Below are positions 11,893-24,090 of a DNA stretch of 64,000 nt, piece after piece (the stretch's first letter is position 1; each line of letters starts with the position of its first letter). Location: the NCBI GenBank assembly GCA_051294905.1, contig CM119372.1, forward strand, positions 21,020,001-21,084,000. Direction: 5' to 3'. Under the pieces are notes generated by a model that was not told the DNA's origin, searched no databases, and worked only from the letters and a program-made list of their open reading frames with translations. The position numbers and the translations under genes were made by a program. Source of the DNA: Botryllus schlosseri. Taxonomy: Eukaryota.

Positions 11893-14800
11893 GCAGGTAG
11901 TATGTATTGAACTTGGCACCTTTTTGAAATGCATTTGCTGTATGGAATACTGGTAAGCATCACGGTGTTTTGTAAGTGAACTGGTATATCCTTAGAGAAT
12001 GAATTTGATTCTGTTGCAATCGGTTATCTTTGTGATAAAGATTTTTATGAATGTTTGCTGGTAAAATTTCACAAAAATTGTTAACAATCCAGGAAGTATA
12101 CTAACTGTGCCAGAGTAAAATTGGTGGTAACGTCATGTGCAACTTTCCATTCCATTACTCAATTATTCTATGAAATACACCCTTCTGTCACGCACAACTT
12201 ATTGCTGAAAAAACTGTATCCAGTATGATATCTGCGTGATTACTGAGCAGTTCATTTGTATTGCGAATTTTGGCATCAAATATTTCTTTTCAATAGTCTT
12301 GGATTGATCCTCAAATTCGTTCAACTGATGTCCACTCTTTAAAAAGAGCCCCCTGGGTCTACCGTGCCTGCGTCATCAGACAATGTTGACAGTGACGTGA
12401 GGAGTCGTTCGTAACGGGTTTTGTGCCGGCACAGTCATCTTATGTGATACAGACCTTTGTCTCAAGAGCCCATGGATACATGTGATTATGTAAGCCAATT
12501 TTTTCATTTTATATATCACCATTGATTATGTAATTTGCTGGTTTTTGCAGTCCTACTTTTCTCACGAACTATCTCGCAGAGTAGCTTACGGGCTATTCGA
12601 TATGAGCTGAAAAAGGCTTCATCTGTGTACACTGTACAGTACAGTGTACCCTGAACTGTGTACACTGAACAGAGATGTAGTTGAACGTAATGAGCTTGTG
12701 TATCTTGTACTTTAACTATTGCTTACTGAACTATAATGGGCTAGGTCAGTGGTTCTCAACCTGGGGGGCTGAGCACCTCTCCTGCGCTTCTGTAACCTAT
12801 CTGTGTGAAATATTTATATTTACTTCTGCATCAAATTTACAATTTTCCTTTGTAATGTTTCGTATTTTCTAGGAGCAGCATTTGGATTTGACCAGTAAAA
12901 AAAAGATCCGTCATGGCACGCCACGAATCAGGGACTCATCAAGCCTGGGTTGCGGCTGATGGAAAGAATATGAAAAATGCCCTAATGTGCAGGTAGTATG
13001 TATTGCAATTGGCACCTTCTTGAAATGCATTTGTTGTTTAAAATACTGGTAAGCATCGCGGTATTTCGTAAGTAAACTGGTATATCCTTAGATAATGAAT
13101 TTGATTCTGCTGCATTCGGTTATTTTTATGAATGTTTGCTGGTAAAATTCCACTAAAATGATTAACAATCCTGGAAAGTATGCTACTCGTGCTGTAGTAA
13201 AATTGGTGGTACGGTCACATGCAACTTTAACTTTCCATTACAAAAATTATTTGTTCTATGAAAGACACCCTTTTGTCACATACAAATGTATCCAGTGTGA
13301 TTTCTGCGTAATACTGAATGCCGGTGACGTCATATTTTGTGATACGATTTTTGATGTACAACGTTCTTTCGAGTTCTCTACTAGTTGCTGACGATTACCC
13401 CTGACGAGTCTCAGCCGAAAATATTCGGGCTCATTTCAATATGCGTATACTATTCAATTTTATATTGAAGTTTTGCACCTCGAAGAAGCTGTTCGAATAT
13501 TGAATAGTTCCCTTGTATTGCAAATTTTTGAAACAAGTATTTTCTTTTCAACAGTCTTGGATTGATCTTCAAATTCATCCAACTGGTGTCGACTCTTCGA
13601 AGAGACCCCCTGGTTCTACCGTGCCTGTGCTAACAGACAATGTTGATAGTGACGTGAGGAGTCATCTGAACGGATTTTGTGCCGGTGCAGTCATATTTTG
13701 CGATAATACTTTTGCCTCAAGAACCCATGGAAACATGTGATCATGTAAGTTTATTTATTCATTTCATATATCACCATTGATCATGTGATGTGCTGGTTTT
13801 TGCAGTCCTAATTTTCTTAATAACTATCTATATATGCGATATGAGCTGAACAGAGGCTTGATCTGTGTACATTGAACAGAGGTGTTCTTGAATGTAAAGA
13901 GCTGGGGTAACTTGTATTTAAACTACTGCTTACTGAACTATACTTGGAACATCAAATTGAGATCATTTCCCATGTCGTGCTAATTCCAAATAATTTCGTT
14001 ATTAAATTTAATCAGGAAGGAAGTCTTTTGAAAGATTGAGAACAATTACAATTACTGCAATGAAGGAAAAGTATTCAACACCTTCGATAAGATGTCACAA
14101 AGTTTTTTGTACTAAAGACAATCAATGTGTCCTTTGTCTGGTCAATTATTGTAATGGAAATCCAAACCCATAGGAATAACGATTCTACTATATTTATTTT
14201 CGGATCTTGTTTGTAATCAATTACATTTTCAGCAAAACGAGGTTGATGAAGTCAACTGTCTTCTTCTCCAAGCCAAATTGAGAGACAAGCTAATACAATC
14301 CAAGACCCAATCGCATGTCTTATTGAAACAGGTATCGTAATCTTTCTGTTTTGTGGACCATACAAATTTACATAGACTGTTCGTAGACGTACATAGACGT
14401 TCTGCTATAAATTTCATTCTGAGTTACAGTTCTGCATTCTCACTGTGGCCTGTGCGTCTGAATGTAAATGTAAATGTCAAAATGGCCGAATTGAAAAAAG
14501 CGCAGACCTAATTCAAGATATTTCTATTAGTCGTTATGCGAATTTTAGTCCTTCTCAGTGATAGGATTTCACATGTACCCGAGCGCCTTTCCTGCGCTTG
14601 TGTAACCTGCAGGTGTGAAATAGTTATATTTATTTCTGCATAAAATTTAGAATTTTCATTGACATATTCAAAACTTTGGAATTTAATCACATTTTCAAGG
14701 AGCACAACTTGGAGTCGACCAGTAGAAAAGAAGCAAACACCATGGCACGCCACGAATCAGAGATTGACCGATCCTGGATTGCAGCTGATGCCAAGAATAT
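11893..14800. repeat. Local tandem duplication of decayed coding-like sequence
   Basis: 11893-12735 matches 12989-13940; 12771-12975 matches 14581-14800. Confidence 0.85.
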
Positions 14801-16096
14801 AAAACTGCTTCAGTGAAAATGAAGTATTCAGAAACATTGTTGACGTTTTGAGCTACTATGCATTGGATTGTCATACCCTGAAGGAGTGGTTCTCAAACAG
14901 GAGAAAGCATTTGAAGGAGCGTGAAACCGCTGTCAACTAAAATTTTTTTCGCACATGGCAGCTTCTACTTATTTCTCTGTGTATGGTCAGAATTTAATAT
15001 TTCAATATTCTCTCATCAACAACTATTACCGTCACTGCCATCCAACTATCAGTTGGGATTTCTAGCGTTCAGGTTGCTTTTTTTAATTTCATGATACGAC
15101 GATAAGGGGTGTGTGAAATTTTTTTGCTATCATAACGGGGCGTGTCCAAATATGTTCAAGAACCAGTGCCCTAATGACTTCCAGATTTCATATTTTGCAG
15201 CAGACTGGCAAATAACAACATACTTTGTTACTTGTTTATCGTGGTAGTGGTAGTGAAACTGATGTATTCATTGTTTGTTTTTTTACAATAAAATTAGAAA
15301 TTTACAAGCCATAATTTGATCAATTATAAATATGTTTTAATGATTTGCGTTGATCATGTTTTCCGTTAATGGACGTAACCAATGAATTTGATTCCATGCC
15401 ATTGTCACAAAAGTTGAAGATACTAAATGATATTTTGGTATCACTATCCCTAATTCCCTATGCATTCATTTTCATGATTGAACGAGTTGCATGATATTTG
15501 TAGTGAGTTTGCTCTTGATCATTTGTGATGTTCGTGATTTCATGGACTATTCCGGAAACGGTTTCAACTGCTGATCTGAATTTATGAAACCCTGTCACAG
15601 CAGCTATTGGAAATTTCAATGTTTGCACGTATTTAATCACCCAGGTTGGGTATTATAAGCGTCATCTATTCATGAATCAATAAAATCTGATTTTATTTTG
15701 AGCCCTGCGTTCCGGTGACTAGTCAACCAGCTACTTTGAGGCTGAACACTTTTTAGGTAAACACTTTTAATTTAAACACTTCGCAACACTTCTCGGCGTT
15801 CAATTTTTGGATCACGTTTCGTGTTCAATTTTCCGGGTTGAGCAACACTTCAGAATTTACAGTATACATAATATCTGTGAAAGTCCATAACTATGATAAA
15901 TATAATACCCCTAAATATAGTGCTGTTGCAGTATTTTGGTTTAAAAGAGTCTCCTGCGTGAACAAATAACAAGTAGCCTATATGCGCAGCATACTGTCAT
16001 TAAAATTGCATCCATGTCGATGCGTGAGGCTTGGGTCGCGAGATGAAAAAAGTTTAAGAACCACTGATGTAGCCTACTTGTACATATTATTTCCAG

Positions 16097-16379
16097 TTCT
16101 CTACTAGTTGCTGACGATTAGTCTCCTCACTGCCATTGTTGAGTGTGTCAAAAGCCCAGAGTGACGGTGAACCGAGCCAAGAAGTCTGCGGCAGAGACGA
16201 AGATACGGGGCCATAAAAGACGAGTGTGACCGATGGTGGAAGAGTGCGAATGTGAAAAATCACCCGGAAGAACGAAGACAATGACTATTATACATGTTAC
16301 AGTGCATCCCGCCACGATTTCCTCGACAATAGAGTTTTGGTATCTGGAAGAGAGATTTATTGGTATAACGTATATATAA
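16097..16379 (+). pseudogene. Decayed paralog of the 21218-21559 exon
   Basis: PATISSTIEFWYLEERFIGITYI (16308-16376) aligns ungapped with PAVVHLTSQFQYNCERVQSIASI (21481-21549), 9/23 identical; several in-frame stops. Confidence 0.5.
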
Positions 16380-17569
16380 CTAATCGACCTGGTGCACAAG
16401 GCCATTGTGCAGAGCACCAAAAACGCAATATCAACAACAACAACAACACCATGTTACAGTCGACAAGCACCACTGTTGTCTGGGATCTGTTTGTTTTGTT
16501 GACACGAGTGTCACCCGAAAATATCGTCTAAATATGAATATATTATTCAATTGCTTTCCATTTAAAAATAAAGCTACACGCCGCAGAACATTAGTGTAAC
16601 TCTTGTCTCGGCCCGCCAACGTAGTTTCTGCTTCACATTTGGCGCGCTGGAAAAAATTATTTCCCACCCCTGCCCAACAGAATGTTGAAAGAACAAAACC
16701 ATTAAAATATGATTTTCACACAAAACGAAAACATTATAATGCATACTTATGGCAAATCACAGTAACTTCTGCGTTTCCCTTTTAGATGTCAGTTCCTAAA
16801 TGTGAAGCATCGCCTTGGAAAGTGTCATTGTATTTTTCGATCGAAACGCAACCGGATTACAGCAATTGCTGAATTACAAATCAGCCAATAAACGTTGGAG
16901 ATCTAACTGGCATTTCAGAAGGACAGTACTTTGATTACGAACCCCAACCTTCCCGGTGTATAGCCTGCGTTACTGCAAACGATGATAACGGGTTCGATTC
17001 GACTGATGATCAGGCCTAATTGCCTGCAACCAATGGTAGCGAAGACGGACGTGCCATCACAAATTATATGTATGAATTGAGTTTGTGTATTGACCTCCTG
17101 GGAAGTCATGACACTGGTTCAGGGCACCACTGCTGGGGCTCTCGGGAACACAGGTTAAGAAATGCTGTTCTATATCCACTCATCGTTCAAGAATTAAATA
17201 AAGTCAAAGATTATATCTAACTCATTGAAGCATACGAATAGGTTTGTTCGGAAAGGATGTACCAATTGGGGAAATTATAGACTCGTGGTGATGTGCATTA
17301 TAATTGTACAAGATCCACTCGAATAGTTACCAATGCAAGAGAATATCCATTCACACTGTAGATAGGAAAAAGAAATCAGAAATCTTTGCTATGCAATTTC
17401 ATCATAAATTGCGCAGATCACCATGCGGGAATTTATATTATTGCTGCCCCAGCTACAGATGGACACTGGACAGTTTGAGATACGTGATATATATCAATCC
17501 ACTTTCAATGCTTGCCAAGTTGACATGTTATTGTATTCGTAACATCACACCTCAGCGAAGCAAAATAAA

Positions 17570-17936
17570 TCAAATTGAAGAAATATAAGCTACTGCCATT
17601 TCGAAAATAAGGCTAATGTAGCAATAGTGATCACAGACATAGATGTAATTCACGTTAATAGGAATCCAAATCGTCTTTACCATCTGATTATTAGAACGGC
17701 AAACCTTCGCCCCTGAGGCACTAACTTCACTTAAGATAGTTCGAAGTGGTTTTCTTATAGTTACAGATTTCGGAACGCGAAAATTGTAAACAACAAACTT
17801 TCCAGCTGCAACTGCTTTAGGATCGAAAATGTTGTCTCGCAATACGGCCCTGCCGTTGTTTCTGGTAGAACTGGCGTTCCTGTTATTATCGGAAGTGGCA
17901 TTGTCAGGTTTGACGGTTAATTCATATCGCGTTTTC
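17570..17936 (-). CDS. Open frame after a possible acceptor; product unknown
   Basis: gtgtctag|AAA ACG... ~121 stop-free codons (KTRYELTVKPDNATS...GKFVVYNFRVPKSVTIRKP...); no recognised motif. Confidence 0.3.
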
Positions 17937-18532
17937 TAGACACATAGCGGGATTTATCAATTACGTCAACCCAGTGAAATCTTGCATGCCGACAGTCGCC
18001 ATCTAGAGCATAGGATTAGCACAGTCAGTAAGTTATGTTGCAATGAGCCTCTGATAAAATCTAGGATAAGATATCTCGAGAATAGATAGCCTACTATAAG
18101 CTACATGTAACATGTTCACCAGTTGCTCGGCGACGCACAGATTTTCCAGATTTGTATTCAAAACGAATCGTGACAATCACCCAATTCGGTTGATAGGTCG
18201 TTTCAGGTCAAGGCGATAACATGAATCAAACTTCTCTATGTCGACTCGCGAACATAACCTACATCCGTTTTGCTACCATGTGCGATAGTGAATTGCGCAG
18301 CTAATGATCATCGAAATGAAGAAATCAGAAGCCAGTATGAGTACAATAGTGAATTCACCTCAGGCTTCCTATATTCTGCTCCAGCTTAGTGTCAATATCC
18401 GTGAACTATGGTCGACATGGTGACATAGGCTATTACTTAACAATATATAACTTGACAATGCAGAAAAATAATTCTAAATGATCGAAAAATAGTTATCCCG
18501 AGTGCGATCACATCAGATTGGTGATTGTAGTA

Positions 18533-19756
18533 CAGGGGTTCTCAAAGGGTGGGCCATGGCCCACTGGTGGGCCACAGGGGCATTTGAGGTGGGCCACAAA
18601 GCTATTTAAAAATTTCAGAATTAATGTAAGTTAAGTTATATTTGTTATGTTAATCGCTACAAAATATATTATCTAATTATATGTAGGCTACATAAAACTT
18701 TTCATCCGACTCTCATGAGATGTAGTGTCACGTATGTAGTCACCAGCATGTACAAGTCGAAAACGTTCAAGAGAAACGGCGGCTTTTTCCACTGGCTATG
18801 ACAACCAACAGCTAACAGCAAATAAAATAATTTTGAGTATATAGTAACTGGAAGGTAATGCTGAAGTAAACAAGTATTCGGGAAGGTTCATGTGTCGTAT
18901 GCCGTTGAAAGGGGTATGCAATGAACTTGCAATGAAGTGTAATCGATGTATAGATTTACTGTACTTCGGCAGGTCGTATTATTGTAAGATAAAAATAGCC
19001 ATAATTGCAAATTCTGGTCAAGGTATACTGCACCACCGCAACGAATCGTAATGGATTGAGGATTTAACGGAGCGCATTATTCTTTGGAGCCAGTTTAAAA
19101 CTTCCTGCCTTCCTACAGAATGCAAGAGTCATATGAATTGATTGTATTATTGGATTGAATATTCTGACGTCGCAACTTCAGTTTGTTTTGGTTCAAGACA
19201 TATATTGTACATTGTACAGTAGGCATATTAAAAAAAACGCCTCCACTTCTCTGTAGGACCCAGTCACCAATGAAATATTTGAAGCTGGCCCAAAATGATT
19301 ATATTATTCCCCAGAATAGTGGAACTAAAATCCCAGACGCGCAGTGGATGCGGGGATTTGATCATTGTGTTTTGCGACACGAATGGTGCAGCGGACGATC
19401 ATAATATGCTCGGGAGTTTCAGCCTATGATGTACCAGCAGGCTGTAACTGCTGCACCCATACCCCCAATTAGGGGAGCTCAAAGGGGTCCAAGATTATTT
19501 CGATGGTCGTTTGTTGGAGCATATTTATTCAACTTGAAAAATTTCGTCGCGATTCGCGCGATTTCGTGTCCGGAATATATAGATTTAAAGATCAGTAAAT
19601 TAAGTGCAAAATGCGCATATTTTAGAGAAATAGGCATATCGACGCTGTTGATTACCACGAATTGAACAGGATTATGACTCCCAGATAAGAGGTGGGCCAC
19701 AGAACATTTTCAAATCGGAAAATGGGCCACGGCCAAGAAAGGGCTGAGAACCCCTG
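18533..19756. mobile_element. hAT-type MITE
   Basis: TIR CAGGGGTTCTCA/TGAGAACCCCTG; perfect TSD TTGTAGTA. Confidence 0.9.
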
Positions 19757-19971
19757 TTGTAGTATCTCAAAACAAATTTTGACCAATATATATAGTAGGA
19801 ACGGGGCCGGATTCCATTTTGAAGAAACACGATCGGAGTCTGAATAAAGAGTTTGTCGATCTGCCGGCACTATTGAATAGTATGGCAGATGCCAACATAT
19901 GTATTTACTGTGACGTGGCCTTATGTCGGCAGCAACATTTCTGAGTTATATCATTGTGTATCATACTGCAG

Positions 19972-20134
19972 CAGTCACAACATCATCGCCCACGACCGAC
20001 ACAAGTGCAGTATCTGCACTGGAATGCTACGATGCTACGGACGACGGGAAGAGTTACAGAGGATTTCGTTCCACCACTGAAGATGGATATCCATGTCAAT
20101 ATTGGTTCGAGCAAGCACCACATCGACACTCCCG
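19972..20134 (+). CDS. Exon: Ser/Thr linker plus first half of a kringle (plus-strand paralog)
   Basis: tactgcag|CA ... TCC CG|gtaact; VTTSSPTTDTSAVSALECYDATDDGKSYRGFRSTTEDGYPCQYWFEQAPHRHS. Confidence 0.92.
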
Positions 20135-20219
20135 GTAACTATATGTCGATTTTCGTCAGATTATGGGTTTGAGAATCATTAGGTATATGGGTGAACGTTT
20201 ATCTATATACATTTCACAG

Positions 20220-20359
20220 GACTGTTGAGAATTATCCTTTAGCCGGACTAGAGAAAAACTACTGCAGAAATCCGGACAATGAAGATAAACCCTGGTGTTA
20301 CTCTACTGATCCGAACATACGTTGGCAATACTGCCGGATATCACCATGTACACCCGAAG
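20220..20359 (+). CDS. Exon: second half of kringle (plus-strand paralog)
   Basis: tttcacag|G ... GAA G|gttggg; [46 protein letters not shown]. Confidence 0.93.
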
Positions 20360-20462
20360 GTTGGGGAGTTTAAATGTCGCGTAAACAGAAGTCTCATTTT
20401 ATAGTTTATAATTGGCATCAGCAATGGGATTATGATTATTGTATTTCTATTTATCGGAACAG

Positions 20463-20522
20463 GGGGTGCAAGAGATCAGAAAGACACAAGGCCAGTTTGG
20501 TATCTTCATTGCAATAACTCAG
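20463..20522 (+). CDS. Short candidate exon of the plus-strand kringle gene
   Basis: ggaacag|GG ... TCA G|gtgggt; 60 nt phase 1-1, open: GARDQKDTRPVWYLHCNNS. Confidence 0.5.
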
Positions 20523-21217
20523 GTGGGTATAGTCAAATATTCATGCGTTATCTTGTCCTGGGGTTACGTGTAAGGTTAGAGTTAGCTTTTGGGTTATTTT
20601 GAATAACTCGCTATCACGTCACTCGCTATCTTGAATGCCTCGCTATTACTAACCCTTTTAGCACAAAATTGAAATTGCAGTTGCAGGTAAAATATTTGCA
20701 CAAGAGTTACTTTCTACTCTAGCTTATCTTTGTGGCTGACGAGGTAGCGTGTCATCACTTAATAAAGCTCTGCGAAATTTCTGGCACTGGATAGGGTGGA
20801 AATTAACACTCGTGTAAGTCTTTTTACCTGCAGTTTCAATGCGGTGGCTTTCTGAGGAAATGGTCACTGCGAACAATTCTTTCACACCTTTATCTTTAAT
20901 ATGAGACGACACCATATTTAGAACGCGGTACCGCTTTATTTAAAAGACTGGTTATCCTGAAACTTTCGTCTCCATTTTAATGGCAATCTTTAGATGATTG
21001 GCGTGTGACACTTACGCTACATATACCAAATATATTTCTATATTTTGAGCAAAACTATAGCTGGGCCATGGCTAAAAATGACCAATAACCAATGTTCTAA
21101 CGTGGGCAGAGAGAAGGAGTGGTTTAACTTTGGGTCTTGATATGTATACATTTCATATTGCAAATATCCATGTAGTAGTTTTAAATTTATATGACGTATT
21201 TAATACGTACATTACAG

Positions 21218-21559
21218 AAAGTGTGACACAAGCTGTTGGGACCAATTTCTCCGTCACGCTCGTAAGTGCCTGTAACGTATACCAACCGCGGTATGGCTGC
21301 GAGATAGCGTACACCCTTTCTTCTGCTGCAAATAGAAGACAGAAGATTACTGTCGTGGTGGACGAGGGAAACATTGTCACAGGAGAACGTGCAGAAAATG
21401 ACTTGACGTACTACTATGCATACACGATCAACAAACCGAAAACAGTCACTTTCAATTTAACGATTGCTTCAAGTGCACAACCTGCTGTTGTTCATCTAAC
21501 AAGTCAATTCCAATATAACTGCGAGCGAGTTCAATCAATTGCATCGATTCAATTTAAAG
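21218..21559 (+). CDS. Exon: ~114-aa unrecognised, probably beta-rich domain following the kringle
   Basis: attacag|AA ... AAA G|gtgag; phase 1-1, 342 nt open: SVTQAVGTNFSVTLVSACNVYQPRYGCEIAYTL...PAVVHLTSQFQYNCERVQSIASIQFK. Confidence 0.8.
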
Positions 21560-22260
21560 GTGAGGTAGTGTCTATTTTCTAAGGGGATGGAATTATGAAA
21601 CAATGTATTGTGCTAGGTTTGCAGATTGTACAAAAATAGTTACTAATTAGATGCATCTTTACGTTTGCTAACGACAAGACGGAGGCGGGCCGCTATATAA
21701 CACTAATAAATACTAGAACACGTTCGATCGACTTGATCACCCATCAAGAAAGATATTCCCAGATATAATGCCAAAGAAGTCGCTTCTGAAAAAGACCTCT
21801 GCGGGTTATACGTGCATAGCCGTGACAAATACATAGTGCGACAGTCAAACGCAAACACGCTCACTACACGGCCCCTTCAATAATCGCAATTAATCTATGT
21901 ATTCCGCAATCCGGTGCGCAAAATCTAATCTTCGATATTGACCGGTAACGATGTATTTCTTTTTGAAAGACGAAGCCTGAGACCGATTCAATGATTACAA
22001 CTGCAAGATATTTCGGGCTTCACGGAAATGAGGACGATGAATATGCAGTGACACGATTCACGAACGATTTTTGCAAATGAATGTTACCACGGCATTTCAC
22101 GGCTTGGCATGTATCCGCTAAATTTGCAAAATATACGCGGATATTGAGGATCAATTGAAGATCTATACTACAATATGCAGATAGATTGAGCAGATGGGAT
22201 GTTAACTGACGGACAGACCGGCAGTCATAGTATTTGGGGGAATGGTTGTTGTATCTCATA

Positions 22261-23902
22261 CAGAGTTGAATCAATTGTAATTTGTAATTGAGCTGAATGT
22301 AATTAATTACATTTTTTCATGTAATTGTAATTGTAATTGTCATTTTAGCATTTCTATTTTGTGTAATTGTAATTGTAATTGTAATTTGATCAAATTTTGC
22401 TCAATTACAATCTCAATTACATTTTCATGGAAACCTGACAATCACAACATAAAATAATCATTTAATCAATCATTTATTCGTCGCACCAGTGAAAATCCGG
22501 TACGAACCAGGATGACGACGAGGGGCCTTAAGGCCTTAGTAAACTGTCACCACATGTAATAATTAGCCTATTTACATCGGTGTTCTATGCGTGGTGCTTT
22601 ATAACTAGATAATTCAGTCACGCTAAACTGTTTCCCATACTTCAGTAGCAACAGAAAACTTTGTGAATTACAATATAGGCTAAACCAATGGTTCTCAAAC
22701 TGGAGGCGTGCCCCCTTGGACGGTGTGAAAGCATCTGAACGGGGCACGACGGTCCAGTGAACTGAAATATTTTCCGTGCTTGGCCCGATTCACCTCCGTT
22801 TTAGGGTTATTGCTCGGTGTATAGTCGGAATTTCGTATTGGAGAATTCTCTCATCAACAGTCATAACCTTCCATACCATCAAACTATATGTAAGGATTGC
22901 TAACTTTTTGGTTTCATTGTGCGCTATGACGATAAGGGGGGCACGAAATATTCACTGTCATAAAGGGGGCGTGTCTAAAAAAGTTAGAGAATCAGTGGGC
23001 TAAACTAAATCTTAATGTTTCAAAAATGGATGAACAGCAAATAAACTCTCCTGAAATCTGTGCTGATCCATTTCCTACACCACGGTCAAAGTTTTTTTTT
23101 AATTCTCTGACCAGTACCGAGGCTTGTTGCAACAATAGCAAAAAAAATTCAAGTTTCCAACCAAGGCTTCATCAAACTTGATCAAGCATTTGTAGAGATG
23201 TTATTCCAATCTTACCTCAATCTTGGCGAAATTTACTGGGGCCAGAAACTTTTCACACCCTAATGTTCATCAAATGCAATCTAACAGTTTCCGAGCAAGT
23301 GAAAATGTAAATGCGAACCAAAATATTGTAATTCCTGGTTATCAGGAGGTTCTTTCCTTTTGCATTTATTTCAATTTTACGCACCTTATCGGTATCATCC
23401 TTATCGCTGACGCCTTATCAATTACATTTAATTATCCTAACTCAGCTCTGAGTAGCCTGATCGTTTGATTACATTTCATTGACTGTCCTGTATCCTATTC
23501 GCTGTTAGTCGCTCAAACCTTTGGTTCTTAACAGTCGCATGAAACATTTTTCTGTGTTTGTAGTTTTCAGTACTCATGATTAGGAATAGTCCGAATACGT
23601 TCGAGTTTTTTTTAATTAAGGGTATTCTACACATCAGGAATGAAACATGAATAGCTTGAGATTGTGCTAATTACGTCGCTGCAGTTGCCAAAGAACACCT
23701 CTTTACTGAATCAATTACCTGTTTAAAAGTAATTGTAATTGTAATTATAATTGTAATATATTACATGTTTAGCAGTAATTGTAATTGTAATTTGATATTT
23801 TTAGCATTGAGTAATTGTAATTGTATGTAATTGAAACATGCAAGGAAGAAATTGTAATTGTAATTGTAATTCAATTAAAATGTTGTAATTGATCCAACTC
23901 TG
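22261..23902. mobile_element. hAT-type element with (GTAATT)n subterminal arrays; nested MITE at 22686-22997
   Basis: TIR CAGAGTTG(A/G)ATCAATT; perfect TSD ATCTCATA; inner element TSD GGCTAAAC. Confidence 0.9.
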
Positions 23903-23959
23903 ATCTCATATTCATGGTGCTTGTCAACTGTACAGTATACAATGGGCATTTAGACCTTT

Positions 23960-24090
23960 GGAGCACGGCCCACTTCTGTTTTATTTAATACACCGCTTCC
24001 ACGAATGAGATGTCGAGGAGAAGAAGCCTAGATATAAATTGTGGAGTCAATCTCGGCCGGACTCGAGTGCGCAACCAATTGGTGTTGCAA
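23960..24090 (-). mobile_element. Partial copy of the tRNA-derived SINE
   Basis: agcacggcccac...agcctag...cggactcga...ttggtgttgca shared with 5363-7418; other fragments at ~37760-37860, 47375-48368 (split) and 56925-57040. Confidence 0.65.

Noticed and set aside
14233..14331. Plus-strand 99-nt exon-like segment with AG/GT boundaries
   Set aside because: No partner exons or recognisable product, and it mirrors a longer decayed minus-strand frame.
22270..23890. CRISPR-like or telomeric array from the (GTAATT)n runs (also GTAATC, TAGCGA, GGCTCC)
   Set aside because: No repeat-spacer periodicity or cas genes; arrays are subterminal to TIRs with 8-bp TSDs in eukaryotic DNA.
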